This document shows, one piece after another, positions 51,601-63,337 of a stretch of DNA of 64,000 nt; position 1 is the first letter of the stretch, and each line of letters begins with the position of its first letter. The DNA is taken from positions 194,992,001 to 195,056,000 of the forward strand of contig NC_086097.1 of assembly GCF_963921235.1 (NCBI RefSeq). Direction: 5' to 3'. A model generated the notes under the pieces. That model did not search any database, was not told the DNA's origin, and saw nothing but the letters and a program-made list of their open reading frames with translations. The position numbers and the translations under genes were made by a program. The stretch comes from Mobula hypostoma. Lineage: Eukaryota.

Positions 51601-52240
51601 CAGCAATTTAAACTCTTCCCAGTAGCCTTAGAAAACTTCCCCACCAGGATATTGGTCCCCCTCAGATTCAAGTGCAACCCGTCCTTTTTGTACAGGTCAC
51701 TCCTGCCCCATAAGAGGTCCCAATGATCCAAAAATCTGCATCCTGCCCTCTGCTCCAATCCTTTAGCCACACATTTATCCTCCACCTCATTCTATTCCGA
51801 TACTCACTATCACATGGCACAGACAGTAATCCCAAGATTACTACCTTTGTGGTTCTGCTTCTCAACTTTCTTCCTAACTTCCTGTAGTCTGCTTTCAGGA
51901 CCTACCCCTCACCTTTTCCTACTTATGTTGTTGGTACCAATACATACCACGCTCTCTGACTGTTCTCCTTCTCATTTCAGAATATCACGGACGCAATTAT
52001 AAACATCCCAAACCCTGGCACCTGGGAGGCAAACTACCATCCGTGTTTCTTTCCTGTGCCTGTCTGACCCCCAAACTATAGAGTCCCCTATCACTGCTGC
52101 CATCCTCTTTCTTCCCCTGCCCTTCTGAGCCAAAGGGCCAGACTCAGTGCCAGAGGTGTGGCCACTGTTGCTACCCCCAGGTAGGCCATCACCCCCAACA
52201 ATATTCAAGCAGGAGTACTTATTGTAAAAGGGACAGCCAC
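48630..52240 (-). mobile_element. Second CR1 family, near full-length but disrupted (ORF1 esterase and ORF2)
   Basis: ORF1 pieces 51972-52208 (VIGDSIV) and 51582-51785 (DGLHLN). ORF2 pieces 50708-51349 (GDFN, SDHN), 50025-50366, 49728-50000, 49240-49659 (VPQGSVLGP, FADE) and 48778-49005. Confidence 0.93.
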
Positions 52241-52774
52241 AATATTAGCATAAAAGACTATGGGGAGAAGGCAGGAGAATAGCATTAAGGAGGAAAATGA
52301 ACCAGGGTGATTGAATGGCAGAGCAGACTGGATGGGTCAAGTGGCCTAACTCTTCTCGTGTGTCTTCTGACCTAAATCCCCAGTGATGGAAAATGAATAA
52401 AATTGTAGATGGTGGAATATAAAACAGAAGCAGCAGTTCTGGAAGAACTTATCCAGTCAAGCAGCATCTATAAGATAAACAGAAACATTAACTGACGGCT
52501 CCTCCTAAACCCTATTACCTCAGAGAGACAAGGACACCTGCAGTTTCCCCTCCAAGTCACAAGCCATCTTGACTTGACCTTTGATGTTAGATGTCACCTT
52601 CTTGAGGCAGCACCTCCTACAGTTACTACGAATGGTCAGGAGAGATGCTCATCATGTATTGGGCAGAGTCTGCTACTCTACATCTTCTTATTGAACCATT
52701 CAGGATACTTTCAAAAGTGCATCTGTAGAAGTTTATGAGTGTTCAATGACAAGCTGAACTTCCTTAACCTTCTT

Positions 52775-53225
52775 TATAACCATATAACAATTACAACATG
52801 GAAACAGGCCATCTCGGCCCTTCTAGTCTGTGCTGAACTCTTACTCTCACCTAGTCCCACCGACCTGCACTCAGCCCATAACCCTCCATTCCTTTCCTGT
52901 CCATATAGCTATCCAATTTACCTTTAAATGACAAAATCAAACCTGCCTCAACAACTTCTGCTGGAAGCTCGTTCCACACAGCTACCACTCTCTGAGTAAA
53001 GAAGTTCCCCCTCATGTTACCCCTAAACTTTTGCCCTTTAACTCTCAACTCATGTCCTCTTGTTTGAATCTCCCCCACTCTCAATGGAAAAAGCCTATCC
53101 ACGTCAACTCTATCTATCCCCCTCAATTTTAAATACCTCTATCAAGTCCCCCCTCAACCTTCTATGTTCCAAAGAATAAAGACCCAACTTGTTCAACCTT
53201 TCTCTGTAACTTAGGTGATGAAACT
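52775..53225 (-). mobile_element. CR1 3' end
   Basis: ORF 52851-53126 reads RLFPL...TRGHEL...FFTQRVVAVWNELP. Tail ataaccatataac. Confidence 0.88.
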
Positions 53226-53286
53226 CCTTTATAGTAACGATGATTCTCTGCTTACCTTGAAATTCTATCTATGTGCTGGATCCAGG

Positions 53287-54415
53287 TGTCACGGGGAGGG
53301 GCTTTGATGGTCTTGGGCTTGGGGCTGCAGGCTGGCATCTTGGTCTCGGGCTTGGGGCTGCAGGCTGGCGTCTTGGTCTTGGGCCTGAGGCTGCAAGCTG
53401 GTGTCTTGGTTTTGGGCTTGGAGACAGGCTGGGGTCTTGGTCTTCAGTTTGGAGACAGGCTGGGGTCTTGAGTCTTGGCATGCGGAGGCTGATAACTCGG
53501 AGGCTGGAGCTCGGAGACAGACTGGGAATTGTACATCAACATAGAGCCGGGACTAGTCCTTCGAAAAGCCGGGGCTCATCTTTAACATGACACTAACATG
53601 AGACTGGACAGTACGTAGACATAGAGCCAGGACTTATCCTTAGACAAGCCGGGACTCAACTTTATCTGCACACCAAGGTGGGACAGGTCCATCCGTCGCA
53701 TAATAGCAGAAAAGCCGGACTTACCCAACAGAGGCAAAGACAAGACAGGACCCCCCGCAGGGCAATGGCAGAACGGCCTGACTTACCCCATGGAGGCAAG
53801 GACAAGACATGACAGATCCCCCACAGGGCAACAGCAGAAAGACCTGACCTACCCCACAGAGGCAAGGACAAGACAAGACAGATACCCCCCCCCCCGCAGG
53901 ATAACGACAGAATGGCCTGACTTACCCCACAGAGGCAAAGACAAGAAGAGACAAACACCAAAGAACAACAGACAGTTCCATCTCTGTATCAGAGTTGCTC
54001 CGAGTCGCTTTTCGGCCAGCAACCTCAGCTGGCTATGGAAACAGCCGGATCTCTACCTAGCTCGGAGTGGCTGGCAGCCACTCAGCTGGCCCGGGAAACA
54101 GCCGAATCCATACCGCAACAACAGCTCCAACTATCGACAGCAAGGCTCCATGAAGCGATGGTTCTCCAATGTGGCCCAAAGATGACAAGTGGCCACCCCA
54201 GCCTTCCACCAGCAGTTGCTCCCACAAAATCTTGACAAGACAAACCAGCAGCCCACAGTAGTCCCCAAGGCTACTTATATTCCAAGCCACAAGATGGGAA
54301 TCAGTTGCCTATGATTACCTCAACCAAAACAGGGGACAGCAGGAAGACGCAGAGTCCTGAGTCCATGGCCCGGACCATGAACTGGAATGTGGACTTCATG
54401 GACCGGACCATGACA
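53287..54415. mobile_element. Solo LTR (1129 bp) with internal tandem arrays
   Basis: Ends TGTCACGG...CCATGACA. Perfect 5-bp TSD ccagg (53282-53286, 54416-54420). 33-bp array at ~53308-53480 and four ~62-75-bp repeats at ~53700-53955. Confidence 0.85.
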
Positions 54416-55885
54416 CCAGGTCATCTGTTGTTAACGACTAGGAATTTAAAGCCGCTGACTCTCTCACCGCTTATCCCTTCATGTAATAGTAGCTTTGAAA
54501 AGAGAATTGGTGCCCTGGAATGAAAACACCAATGTCGGATGCTAAATTCCACTTTGAGTTAGAACATTAATTGCAGCCACTGATATCTTCTGGAATGATG
54601 CAGACAGAAGTGCAAGCTGTCAGTGATGTGCAACTTTCATTTGAGTTTTGCACTGCAATTTTACAGCTTCGTAATTTGGCACACCAATCAGTAAACCTGG
54701 AAATATGACATTTAGTTCCTCAAACAAACTATAGATATTGAGCATGGAAAGCTGATGTCCAAACACCAAAATTTTTGCAATATTCCAGTCATAATGGTCT
54801 ACCAGTCTATGAAGAATATACTTAGTCCTTTACTTTTCTTTCTGTTTGGTAACCAATTCTCAAACCATGAAGCCAGTTGCATGTGCCCTAACCTTGTTCT
54901 CCAGCCTACAGGTGGGTAGCTTGCTCTTTCATCTCTATCTCTTCCTCCCTTGCTAAAAGTGAGGCCATATATTCGACTTTCTGATCCGTGAAAACAATTC
55001 CAGAATCAATGGAATTTTCTACAATGATACCTGAAACATCCTCTACCTTAAAAGTCATTTGTTTGAAAATTTGGGGGCTTAGATCATTTGATCTTGGGAC
55101 TTAACAGTTTTCAAGATCATGAAATTCTCTGGTATTTTTTTAACTAATAGTTGAATGTCCTCTACTCCCATGAATCTCTAATCTTCTACATTAAGAGTAA
55201 AGATCTTTAAATTACATCTCTGTTCAAATGTGCAATGTGCAATTATAATAATTTATAATAAATATTATGTACAAGATAACATAGAAATACAGTTGTATCA
55301 GCATGAATTAGTCAGTCTGATGGCCTGGTGGAAGAAGCTGTCCCGTAGCTTGTTGGTCCTGGCTTTTATGCTGCGGTACCGTTACCCGGACAGTAGCAAC
55401 TGGAACAGTTTGTGTTTGGGGTGACTCAGGTCTCCAATGATTCTTCGGGCCCTTTTTACACACCTGTCTTTGTAAATATCATGAATAGTGGAAAGTTCAC
55501 ATCTACAGCTGCGCTGGGCTGTCTGCACCATTCTTTGCAGAGTCCTGCGATTGAGGGAAGTACAATTCCCATACCAGGCAGTGATGCAGCCAGGCAGGAT
55601 GCTCTCAATCATACCCCTATAGAAAGTTCTTAGAATTTGAGGGGCCGTACCAAACCTTCTCAACTGTCTGAGGTGAAAGAGGTGCTGTTGTGCCTTTTTC
55701 ACCACACAGCCGGTATGTACAGACCACGTGAGATCCTCAGTGATGTTTATGCTAAGGATCTTAAAGCTGTTCACCGTCTCAACCCCAGATCCACTGATGT
55801 CCATAGGGACATGTCCAACCTGTCTCCGTTCCTCCTGTAGTCCACAACCAGCTCCTTTGTTTTTGCAACGTTGAGGGAGAGGTTG

Positions 55886-56112
55886 TGTGGTAATTTCTAC
55901 TTTGAAAAAGGCACACTTGACAACTTCATGCCCAAAGAAACAACTTTACTTGAATGTCAAAACCGTTACATATATATAGAGGCTTTCACAACCCGTATGG
56001 CATGGCAGGAACACTATATACAGAACACACAGGAAGTAAAAAGAACGGAAGTAAAACCCCCTATTATCCTAATTAGTATTAAGTTACTTTTAATAATGCT
56101 CACATTACAACA
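55886..56112 (-). repeat. Gypsy 3' LTR
   Basis: About 90% identical to 58966-59192 by manual comparison. Confidence 0.92.
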
Positions 56113-56889
56113 CTTCTACCCCTTTAAAATCCAACATTCCCCAAATGTAAAAACTAGGAAGTCAAAACAGTGGTGTTATTAACTTGCGTACCCCTGAAAA
56201 CTTATACTAGTATCTCAGCAACAGTTTACCAATACAAAACATCTGCAAAACATGACAGATTCAATATTCAATCTAACAATAATAAAAAAAACTGTTCCGT
56301 CAAAGATTCAGTCCGTCAGGAAGTTTGCGAGTGTGCTGTGATCCGCGCACTACCCCCCGGTGACCCAGCAGGCACCGCTAGTGATGGTGTTTTGGGTGGA
56401 TCTGGTGTTGGGGGAATGAAAGGGGTCTGTGTGTCTGCTTGAGAATGTCCATCCTCTTCAGGGGACCCCAACCCCTCTGCCAGCGTTTTGACCTCTGGCG
56501 AAGTCACTGGTGGACATGTTTCCACTGTAGTCTGTCTCACAAATGGAAACTCCATGGAACTGTCTGCCTCTGAGCCGGTATCATGGCGCAGGCGCACATG
56601 GTCCTGATGTCTGCGGAAAACACGCCCATCAGTCAGCTTAACAACATAGGGGACGGGGCCACTCTGCTTAAGGATAACTCCAGGCAGCCACTGCTGATTG
56701 TTTCTCACATAGACATTGTCATCCAGTTTTTACCGCCTCTCTCACACATGCTGATCATGTCCCTCCATGTTTCTCTCCACTTTTGCCTTCATGTCCAGGC
56801 ACAGCAGGTCCAATGTTGACTTGGGCCTATGCCTCATCAGCATCTCTGCTGGAGTGTGTGCAGTCGTAGGCTGTGACGTAAGGAGGTAT

Positions 56890-57518
56890 TTAGATTAGAT
56901 TATGAAGACACACAGTCCTCTTTTATTGTCATTCAGTAATGCATGCATTAAGAAATGATACAATATTTCCTCTGGTGTGATATCACAAAGTACAGGACAG
57001 ACCAAGACTGAAAAAACTAACAAAACCACATAATTATAACATATAGTTACAACAGTGCAACAATACCATAACTTGGTGAAGAACAGTCCATGAGCACAGT
57101 AACAAGTTCGAAGTCTCTCAGATGTCCCACATCTCACACAGACGGGAGAAGGAAGAAAAACTCTCCCTGCCATGCCCGACCTCAGTCCGACTCTGAGTCG
57201 TCCGAAAACTTCGAGCCTCCGATCAGCTCTCCGACACCGAGTACCGAGCACCATCTCTCTCCAAACGATTCGACCTCAATCTTGGTCGCCAACAGCAGGC
57301 AAAGCCGGGGATTTTGAGGCCTTCCCTTCGGAAGATTCTCGATCGCGCAGTAACAACAGCAGCAAACCTGCGTTTCAGAAATTTCTCCAGATGTTCCTCT
57401 GTGCTTTCACGTCTGTCTCCATCAAATCAGAATTGTCCACAGCCCCTATTTAATGGATACAATATCATTTTCACCAGAGGGCTGCACACGCGTGGCACGC
57501 TGCTACCTCTCCTCCTCC
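56890..57518 (-). mobile_element. Non-autonomous, non-coding retroposon (~630 bp), copy 2, inserted in the Gypsy integrase
   Basis: Collinear with 31873-32548. It splits the integrase peptide RFLF|KYLLTSQPTT. Confidence 0.87.
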
Positions 57519-57579
57519 TGCTGAACAGGAAACGAGAAAGCAGAATGCTAAGAGAGTCCGCTGTCATCTGCTTCAGGCC

Positions 57580-58875
57580 TTACTTCACTGTCTGAACAGC
57601 TCGCTCAGCTAAACCATTGGAGACTGGGTGGAAAGCAGCTGTCCGAATGTAATGAATGCCATTCTGTTGCATGAGCTCACTGAACAGCTCATTGGTGAAC
57701 ATCGGGCCATTATCAGTGACCAGAGTGTCAGGCATCCTGTGGATTGCAAACACTTGCCTGAGTTTGTCTATGGTCGAGGGGGCTGTGATGTTGCTCTTGA
57801 TGTGAGCTTTGATCCACTTAGAATGTGCATCCACCATTACAGGAAACAACTGCCCCATATAGGTCCTAGGTTTGAGCTTTGACAGTCTGATGGGAGGCAG
57901 GTTGGACCCCCATGTGCTCCTGTAGGTCTCCTCACTAATAACCGATTCAGTAGCCCCTGAATCAATCTCAAACTTGATGTCCTTTCCCCTGACAGTGACT
58001 GTGGCAGAATATGGTTCAGGTGGTTCCTCATCTGTTTCCACTCTAAACATGTTGTAGGCACACGCTGCCTCTTCATCTGCTTCTTCTAGATGGTGTGTGG
58101 TTGCCTGATCCTGTTGAGCTTTCCTCTGCCCAGGCTTAATCTTACCCTTTGAACTCCTGCACTTTTTAGCTAAATGTCCCTTTTTGCTACAAGCATGGCA
58201 GACAGTGTCTTTGAATTTGCAATCATTTGCATAGTGTGTCCCTCCATGCTGGAAACATTCCACTCACTTTGCCTGTTTACCAATCTCCCTCCCGACTTGG
58301 TGCACTGCAGCGGACTGTGACCGCGCCCCCCCCCACCCCCCCCCCGTGTCCTTTCTGGATATCCTTGACATTATTAGCAGCCATTTCAATGCCTTGGGCA
58401 ATCTCTAAGGCTTTCTTGAAAGTCAACGGTCGGGGTTCCCCTAACAGGCGGCGTTGTATGCCATCATTATTAATGCCGCATACCAATCTGTCACGGAGCA
58501 TGTCTTCCAACACCACTCCGAAATCACAATGCAACAGCTGCCGAAGCTCGGCCACAAAATCAGCCACAGATTGACCTGGCTTCCTGAAATGGCTGTGAAA
58601 CTTACACGGTTGGACTATCACAGAAGGTTTCGGATTGTAGTGGTTCCCCACGAGCTTGACCAGTTCGTTATATGGAATGTCCCCGGTTTCCGCAGTGTGG
58701 CTAAATTCCTTATTAGCTTGTAAGTCTTCACCCCACACACACTCAGGAGAATAGAGAACTTCTTAGCCTCCTCAGTAATTCTACTAGCACAGAAAAAGTG
58801 CCCCAACCGTTCCTCATACTCCAGCCAGTCCTCCATTGCCTCCACAAATTCAAAGATAGTCCCAAATGTAGCCAT
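57580..58875 (-). pseudogene. Gypsy gag-protease-integrase remnant (frameshifted gag; protease fused to integrase)
   Basis: MATFGTI...WLEYEERL; FVAELRQL...DMLRDRLVCGI; CHACSKKGHLAKKC; IDSGA; VMVDAHSKW. Confidence 0.88.
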
Positions 58876-58948
58876 CTGAACGTGAGGCCCCTTATCAGCA
58901 CTGCTGCTCCCGTTCAAACCGTGTCGACACATCCACAAAACCAGTTCA

Positions 58949-58959
58949 CCTCGTTGCCA
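58949..58959 (-). promoter_or_regulatory. Primer-binding site, tRNA-Ser(GCU)-like
   Basis: Minus strand TGGCAACGAGG just inside the 5' LTR, one mismatch from TGGCGACGAGG (complement of the vertebrate tRNA-Ser(GCU) 3' end). Confidence 0.65.
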
Positions 58960-58965
58960 AAAATA

Positions 58966-59192
58966 TGTAGTAACTTCTACTTTGAAAAGGCACACTTGAC
59001 AACTTCATGCCCAAAGAAACAACTTTATCTCGAACGTCAAAACCGTTATGCATACACAGAGGCTTTCACAATCCGTACGGCATGGCAGGAACACTATATA
59101 CAGAGATCACCAGAAGTAAAAAGAACAGAAATAAAACTCCCCATTATCCTAATTAGTATTAACTTACTTTTAATAATGCTCACATTACAACA
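58966..59192 (-). repeat. Gypsy 5' LTR
   Basis: Direct repeat of 55886-56112, adjacent to the PBS. Confidence 0.92.
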
Positions 59193-60379
59193 GGTGGTTT
59201 TCTTGACACCACTGTGTCAGGGTGATGACTTCCTCTCTGTAGGCTGCCTCATTATTATTTGAGATTAGGCCAATCAGTGTAGTGTCATCAGCAAATTTAA
59301 TTAGCAGATTGGAGCTGTTGGTGGCGACACAGTCATGGGTATACAGAAGGTAAAGGAGGGGGCTAAGGACAAAGCCCTGAGGGGCACCTGTGTTGAGGCT
59401 CAGAGGGGCAGAAGTGAGGGAGTCCACTCTTCCCACCTGCTGCTGGCAATCAGGTGGAAGTCCAGGATCCAGCTACATAAGGCAGGGTGAAGGCCGAGGT
59501 CTCTGAACTTCTTGTTGAGCATGAAGGGAATTATGGTGTTGAATGCTGAACTGTAGTCCAAGAACAGCATTCTCACATAAGTATTTCTCTTCTCCAGATG
59601 TGTAAGGACAGTGTGTAGAGCTGTGGCTATTGCATCGTCTGTCAATCGGTTCTCCCGGTAGGCAAATTGTAGGGGGCTCAGTGTGGGTGGCAGCATGCCT
59701 CAGCACGTTCCTTGGATTTAACAATATATTTAAGATCCCTTGTCAACCATGGGTGAATCACATTTACTGTTGGGCTCTTGTGTCTTAAAGGATATTTGTT
59801 TGTAACATACAGACCGTTTCATTAAATATTTTTCTTACCTATTTTCACAACCAACTACAGGCAACACCTTTGTCATTTTTCATTGTTTTCTTTGTTCAGA
59901 TTTGATGCCCTAGATTTGCATTTAACTACACTTTAAAATTCATTGGCAAAATCTATCATATAATCGTTAGTCGTCTCCAAAAACCACTTGATAACAACAT
60001 TATCAACTAACTTCTCAGTAGACAAACAAGATCCAAAATAGTCTTTTGCCTTGTTGGTTCCCCCTCATATATTTTGGAAAAAATATCTCATTTACATTCC
60101 ATGAATTTCCTCCTGACTTGTACATTAAATTCTCTCATAATTACTGCATTGATACTGTTGCAAACTCCTCTGATTTAATTATTTCGTGACACATGGCAGC
60201 GATAATAAACCTGATTCTGATGCCCAACCAACACAATTTGGTAGTTTATGGATTAAAAAATGAAGAGCAATGTTGAGTTGAAGGAGTTTTGAAGTTTCAT
60301 TTTAATGGCCAAAAATGTTAAGAAATAAAGTTTAGAATAAGTAAATTAACAACAAGTAAAATAAATAATTTCAACAACT

Positions 60380-61550
60380 GAATTGAAAGGAAAAAAATCA
60401 AATACAGCTCCCTAAGAAGAAATAGCAAGGAAATTCACAATGGCGAATAAAAAATGCTGACAAATTAGATTAATATTTTATATCCATCTTCATGTAAAAG
60501 AAGCATCAAATGTGGCAGAAATATTGAGAGTCAAAGATCAAATAAAAGTGATGAAGTTAAGGTAATTATTATCTCAATAAAAGAGACTAAAGTCTGACCA
60601 GTCTTTGTGTTTGATAAACTGAATTGAAAAGTTCTGAAAAATAGTGATTCTAGATACAATGATAATCATGCACAATCCTCCAAATTTGGGGGAAAAAGTA
60701 GCTGCATGGAAAGTGAAAAATCTAACATCAAAAAAAAAAGGAAGCAGACAGGAAATAAGGAATCGTCTACCAGACATCAGCAGAATGCTAAAATCCATTA
60801 TCGAGGATGTGGTTGCAGGATGCTTAGAAATTCAGAATATAATTAGACAAAATGTGTATGGCTAATAAAAGGGAAATGATGTTTGATAAATCTAATCATG
60901 CGCTTTGTGATAAGTACAGGAGGGGGTTGGGAGATCTAGTGAATATATGATGTTGATTTCCAAAAATCTTTTGGTAGGAAGCCACACTAATGTTCATTGC
61001 ATTAATTAGTGATAAAGTCCTTGGTAATGAATAGATGATTGGTTGAAGGACAGCAAAGTGAATAGAAATAAACGGCCTTTTCCTAAGTTGGTTAGTGAGA
61101 AGCCAAAGGGATCAGAATAGAACCTTTTAACATTTCACGATTTATATTAATGACTGAAGATTAAATGACAGAAGAGTAGCAAACCTGCTGAATATAAAAA
61201 AAAGGTGGGAAAATGAATAAAAAAGAAACATGGAATTGGCACAGAGATATAGATAATTAGGCAAGTGATAAAGTTCAAGATAAAATATAATGTCAGAAAT
61301 ATCACATTGGTTGGAACAACAAGAACAAATGAGGAAAGTACAACTAAAATTATTCAGGGCTTGAAGCGTTGTGTATGATCTCAGTAACTATGGAAGCATA
61401 CTGTATACTTGTTTTTGAATTACAGTTTCACTAATTGATTCCTGGGATGATAAGGATGGAATTTAGATGAATGTATAGAGAACTAGATTAGACATTTAGG
61501 TTTCTAAGAGTGATTTATAAAGCTGTAAGGTATTCAAATGCAATGTGAGA
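60380..61550 (+). mobile_element. Highly decayed CR1 relic
   Basis: WKVKNLTSKKKGSRQEIRN...MLKSIIEDVVAGCLE; ttgatttccaaaaatctttt (DFQKSF). Confidence 0.6.
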
Positions 61551-61569
61551 TGCTATTGCACATTTTGCA

Positions 61570-62190
61570 TTGGGCCTTATTATAACTGTGCATTAGTCTG
61601 CTGTCAGAAAGGTCAGAGTGGAAGTGCGATGATGCTTTAAAATAGCAGGCAACCAGCAGAATAGTGTCATTTCTGTGAATAGGTAACCTGCCAAATAATT
61701 ACCAATCTGTGCTTGGCTTCTCCAGTAGAGAGGAGAACACATTATGAACACTAAATGTAGTACTCCAGATTGAAAATAAGTCAAGTGAATTACTGGTTCA
61801 CTTTGAAAGACTCTTTAGGTCAACAGATTCTGGAAAGAAAACTGGTGAAGCATGTTGCCTCTCCTGTGGTTGTATGGGAAAGGGCTATTAGACAGAGAGT
61901 GTTGATGAAATGGAAGAACAGACCAGAGAGTTATCACTGAATGATGACTTTGAAATGTTGAAAGTTGTGGAGAATATGTTCCCCATGCTGGATTTCTGTC
62001 GGGAGAAATTGCGAAGGATGAACCATAGAACTCAAAGGTTGGTGGGGTGGAAGGTACAATACTGGAACAGAATTCATTCCATCCCACATTGTCTTGATAG
62101 TGTTAATTGACAGCGGGCCAAGCAGGTAATGAGCTGCTAGTATCGTAACAGCTATCAGGATGTCCTTATTCAACAGCAGTAGGCGGTAGT
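61570..62190 (-). mobile_element. Decayed Penelope-like GIY-YIG region
   Basis: Minus strand NLEYYI*CS*CVLLSTGEAKHRL resembles NLVYCIxCxxCxLLYIGETKRRL. Upstream TFHPTNL...ILRNF. Confidence 0.65.
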
Positions 62191-62691
62191 TGAGTCAACA
62201 TAGGAAATACAGGGTGATAACTGAACCTCAAAGTCTACTAAAGAAATTTGTACACACAGTTCCAACATATATACAGCGATGGTCAAATTGCACATAAGAT
62301 TGGTTGAATTATGTTTTTGGCATACAGGCAGGATGATTTTGCTGCAATGGTATAGAGATATATGACAACATTGTTGTCAAGACATGGTGGTCTATTGCAC
62401 ACCATTTTGCCACCATGATGGGATTACACTTCATATCATTAAAGCAATGAAGAGTGACAAGGAACACAAGGCAGAAAACAAAGAAGAATGGTATTTAATC
62501 AGGCAGGAGACGTGGCCTGAAAATGAACAATTTGTCTAAAGAAATTGCTTCCTCAGTTACCCAACAACCGACATCACACATTAATTTTCCACTGACACTG
62601 ATCATTAGAGTCTTTTAAAAAATAAATGTTTCCATAAAATAAACTATTGAGACTAAATTTAGATATGAAATCATGCCATACAAATGTGAAA

Positions 62692-63152
62692 TAACATACA
62701 CAAAATGCTGTAGGAACTCAGCAGATCATGCAGTATCCATGGAAATGAACAAACAGTCAATGTTTCCAGCTGAGACCCTTCTTCAAGACGGGAAAAGAAG
62801 GGGGAAGACACCAAAATAAAAATGTGAGTGGAGGAGAAGAAGGACAGCTAGAAAGTGACAGGTGAGGCCAGGTAGGAAGGAAAGGTAAAGTGCAGGAGAA
62901 TAAAGAATCTGATAGAGAGCAGAGTGGACCATAGGAGAAAAGGAAGGAGGAGGGGTACGAGGGGAAGGTGATAGGCAGGAGAGAAGAGATAAGAGGCCAG
63001 AGTGGGAAATAGAAGAAGAGGGGAGGGTCAGGGATTTTTTTTCACTGGAAGGAGAAATTGATATTCAAGCCATCAGATTGGAGGCTACCCAGACGGAATA
63101 TAAAATGTTCCTTCTCCACATTGAGAGTAGCCTCATCATATCGCAAGAGGCC
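62692..63152 (-). mobile_element. Penelope-like 3' end: ORF C-terminus, pyrimidine-rich UTR, degenerate hammerhead, tail
   Basis: 63150-63042 reads DEATLNVEKEHFIFRLGSLQSDGLNINFSFQ*. Hammerhead-like gtc-TTGAAGA-agggtctcagctg-GAAA-ca-tt-gac at ~62790-62754. Confidence 0.85.
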
Positions 63153-63337
63153 ATCGACTGAGTTTCTTGTGTTTATACAAATGTGAACTTATCTTTTTTT
63201 GTTATTCCTTCAGTGCAAATCGCAATGTGTCTTTGCCTGTTCAAGTATTTTTTCGACACTGCTTATCCAGTGAATGTAGGCTGAGGAAGACCGCTGACTT
63301 TCAGTGGACGGGACCACAGTAGGGTTTAGAATACTCA

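Larger units (their letters stand above)
55886..59192 (-). mobile_element. Ty3/Gypsy (Mag-like) LTR retrotransposon lacking RT and RNase H
   Basis: 227-bp LTRs with TG...CA ends. TSD ggttg/ggtgg (55881-55885, 59193-59197). PBS and PPT (56113-56124) present. gag with two zinc knuckles, protease FEIDSGA, integrase VTDNG...SNGLAERAVQT. Confidence 0.93.
55195..59700 (-). mobile_element. Rex1/Babar-like LINE split by the Gypsy element (pieces 55195-55885 and 59198-59700)
   Basis: 59400-59696 LQFAYRENR...[16 protein letters not shown]; 59185-59436 TGAPQG...IKFADDTT; 55382-55804 ILRTFYRG..ESIL..CITAWYGN. Confidence 0.9.

Noticed and set aside
53269..53590. Pro/Arg- or Gly/Leu-rich repeat proteins
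   Set aside because: Translations of a 33-bp tandem array inside a solo LTR, with no independent coding evidence.
55871..56182. Duplicated small ORFs (55871-56182 and 58798-59262)
   Set aside because: They are translations of the two Gypsy LTRs.
63214..63322. Plus-strand exon after a strong polypyrimidine acceptor
   Set aside because: All frames reach a stop, no clear donor, and the peptide is not recognised.
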